DNA of 64,000 nt from positions 37,870,388 to 37,934,387 of the forward strand of contig NC_092670.1 in the NCBI RefSeq assembly GCF_964355755.1, given 5' to 3'. Numbering within the stretch: the stretch's first letter is position 1; the number at the start of each line of letters is the position of its first letter. Position numbers and translations under genes: made by a program. Below the pieces are notes generated by a model, which saw nothing but the letters and a program-made list of their open reading frames with translations, made no database searches and was not told where the DNA came from. Positions 63,906 through 64,000 of the stretch are shown one piece after another. Source of the DNA: Antedon mediterranea (taxonomy: Eukaryota > Animalia > Echinodermata).

Positions 63906-64000
63906 CAATGGGTTAACCGAAAATATTTTGGGCACACAATCTGTTGTGTGGGAAAATTCCATGAATCAGTTTTTGTATCCTGGATTTGAGACTGATTGTT

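Overview
AT-rich, intron-rich animal genomic DNA, not prokaryotic. A Deu/Nin-type SINE and TAGGCCTA-rich tracts suggest an invertebrate deuterostome, probably an echinoderm (inference). Five spliced genes can be reconstructed by hand from splice sites and frame continuity. (1) A 5'-truncated giant gel-forming mucin (+, 697-33361, 26 exons in the window, about 5090 codons): EGF x>=5, VWD-C8-TIL, VWD-C8-TIL-TIL, VWD-C8-partial TIL, two FA58C/discoidin-like domains, about 300 copies of an 11-aa PTS repeat in one 10.3-kb exon, then a cystine knot. (2) SPAG1 (+, 38651-52072). (3) ZNF706 (-, 55561-56045). (4) A small secreted protein made only of a signal peptide and 6 EGF domains (+, 57716-61384), whose EGFs resemble the mucin N-terminal EGFs. 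(5) The last two exons of a plant-type (class II, PRS3/PRS4-like) PRPP synthetase (-, 63060-63814). Introns hold many non-autonomous DNA transposons (PIF/Harbinger-, hAT-, Sola-, Kolobok-like), tRNA-derived SINEs, an RTE LINE fragment and two minisatellites that appear to have grown from MITEs. The best novelty candidates are the EGF-mucin plus EGF-only gene pair and the class II PRPP synthetase. All gene models are manual and lack transcript support.
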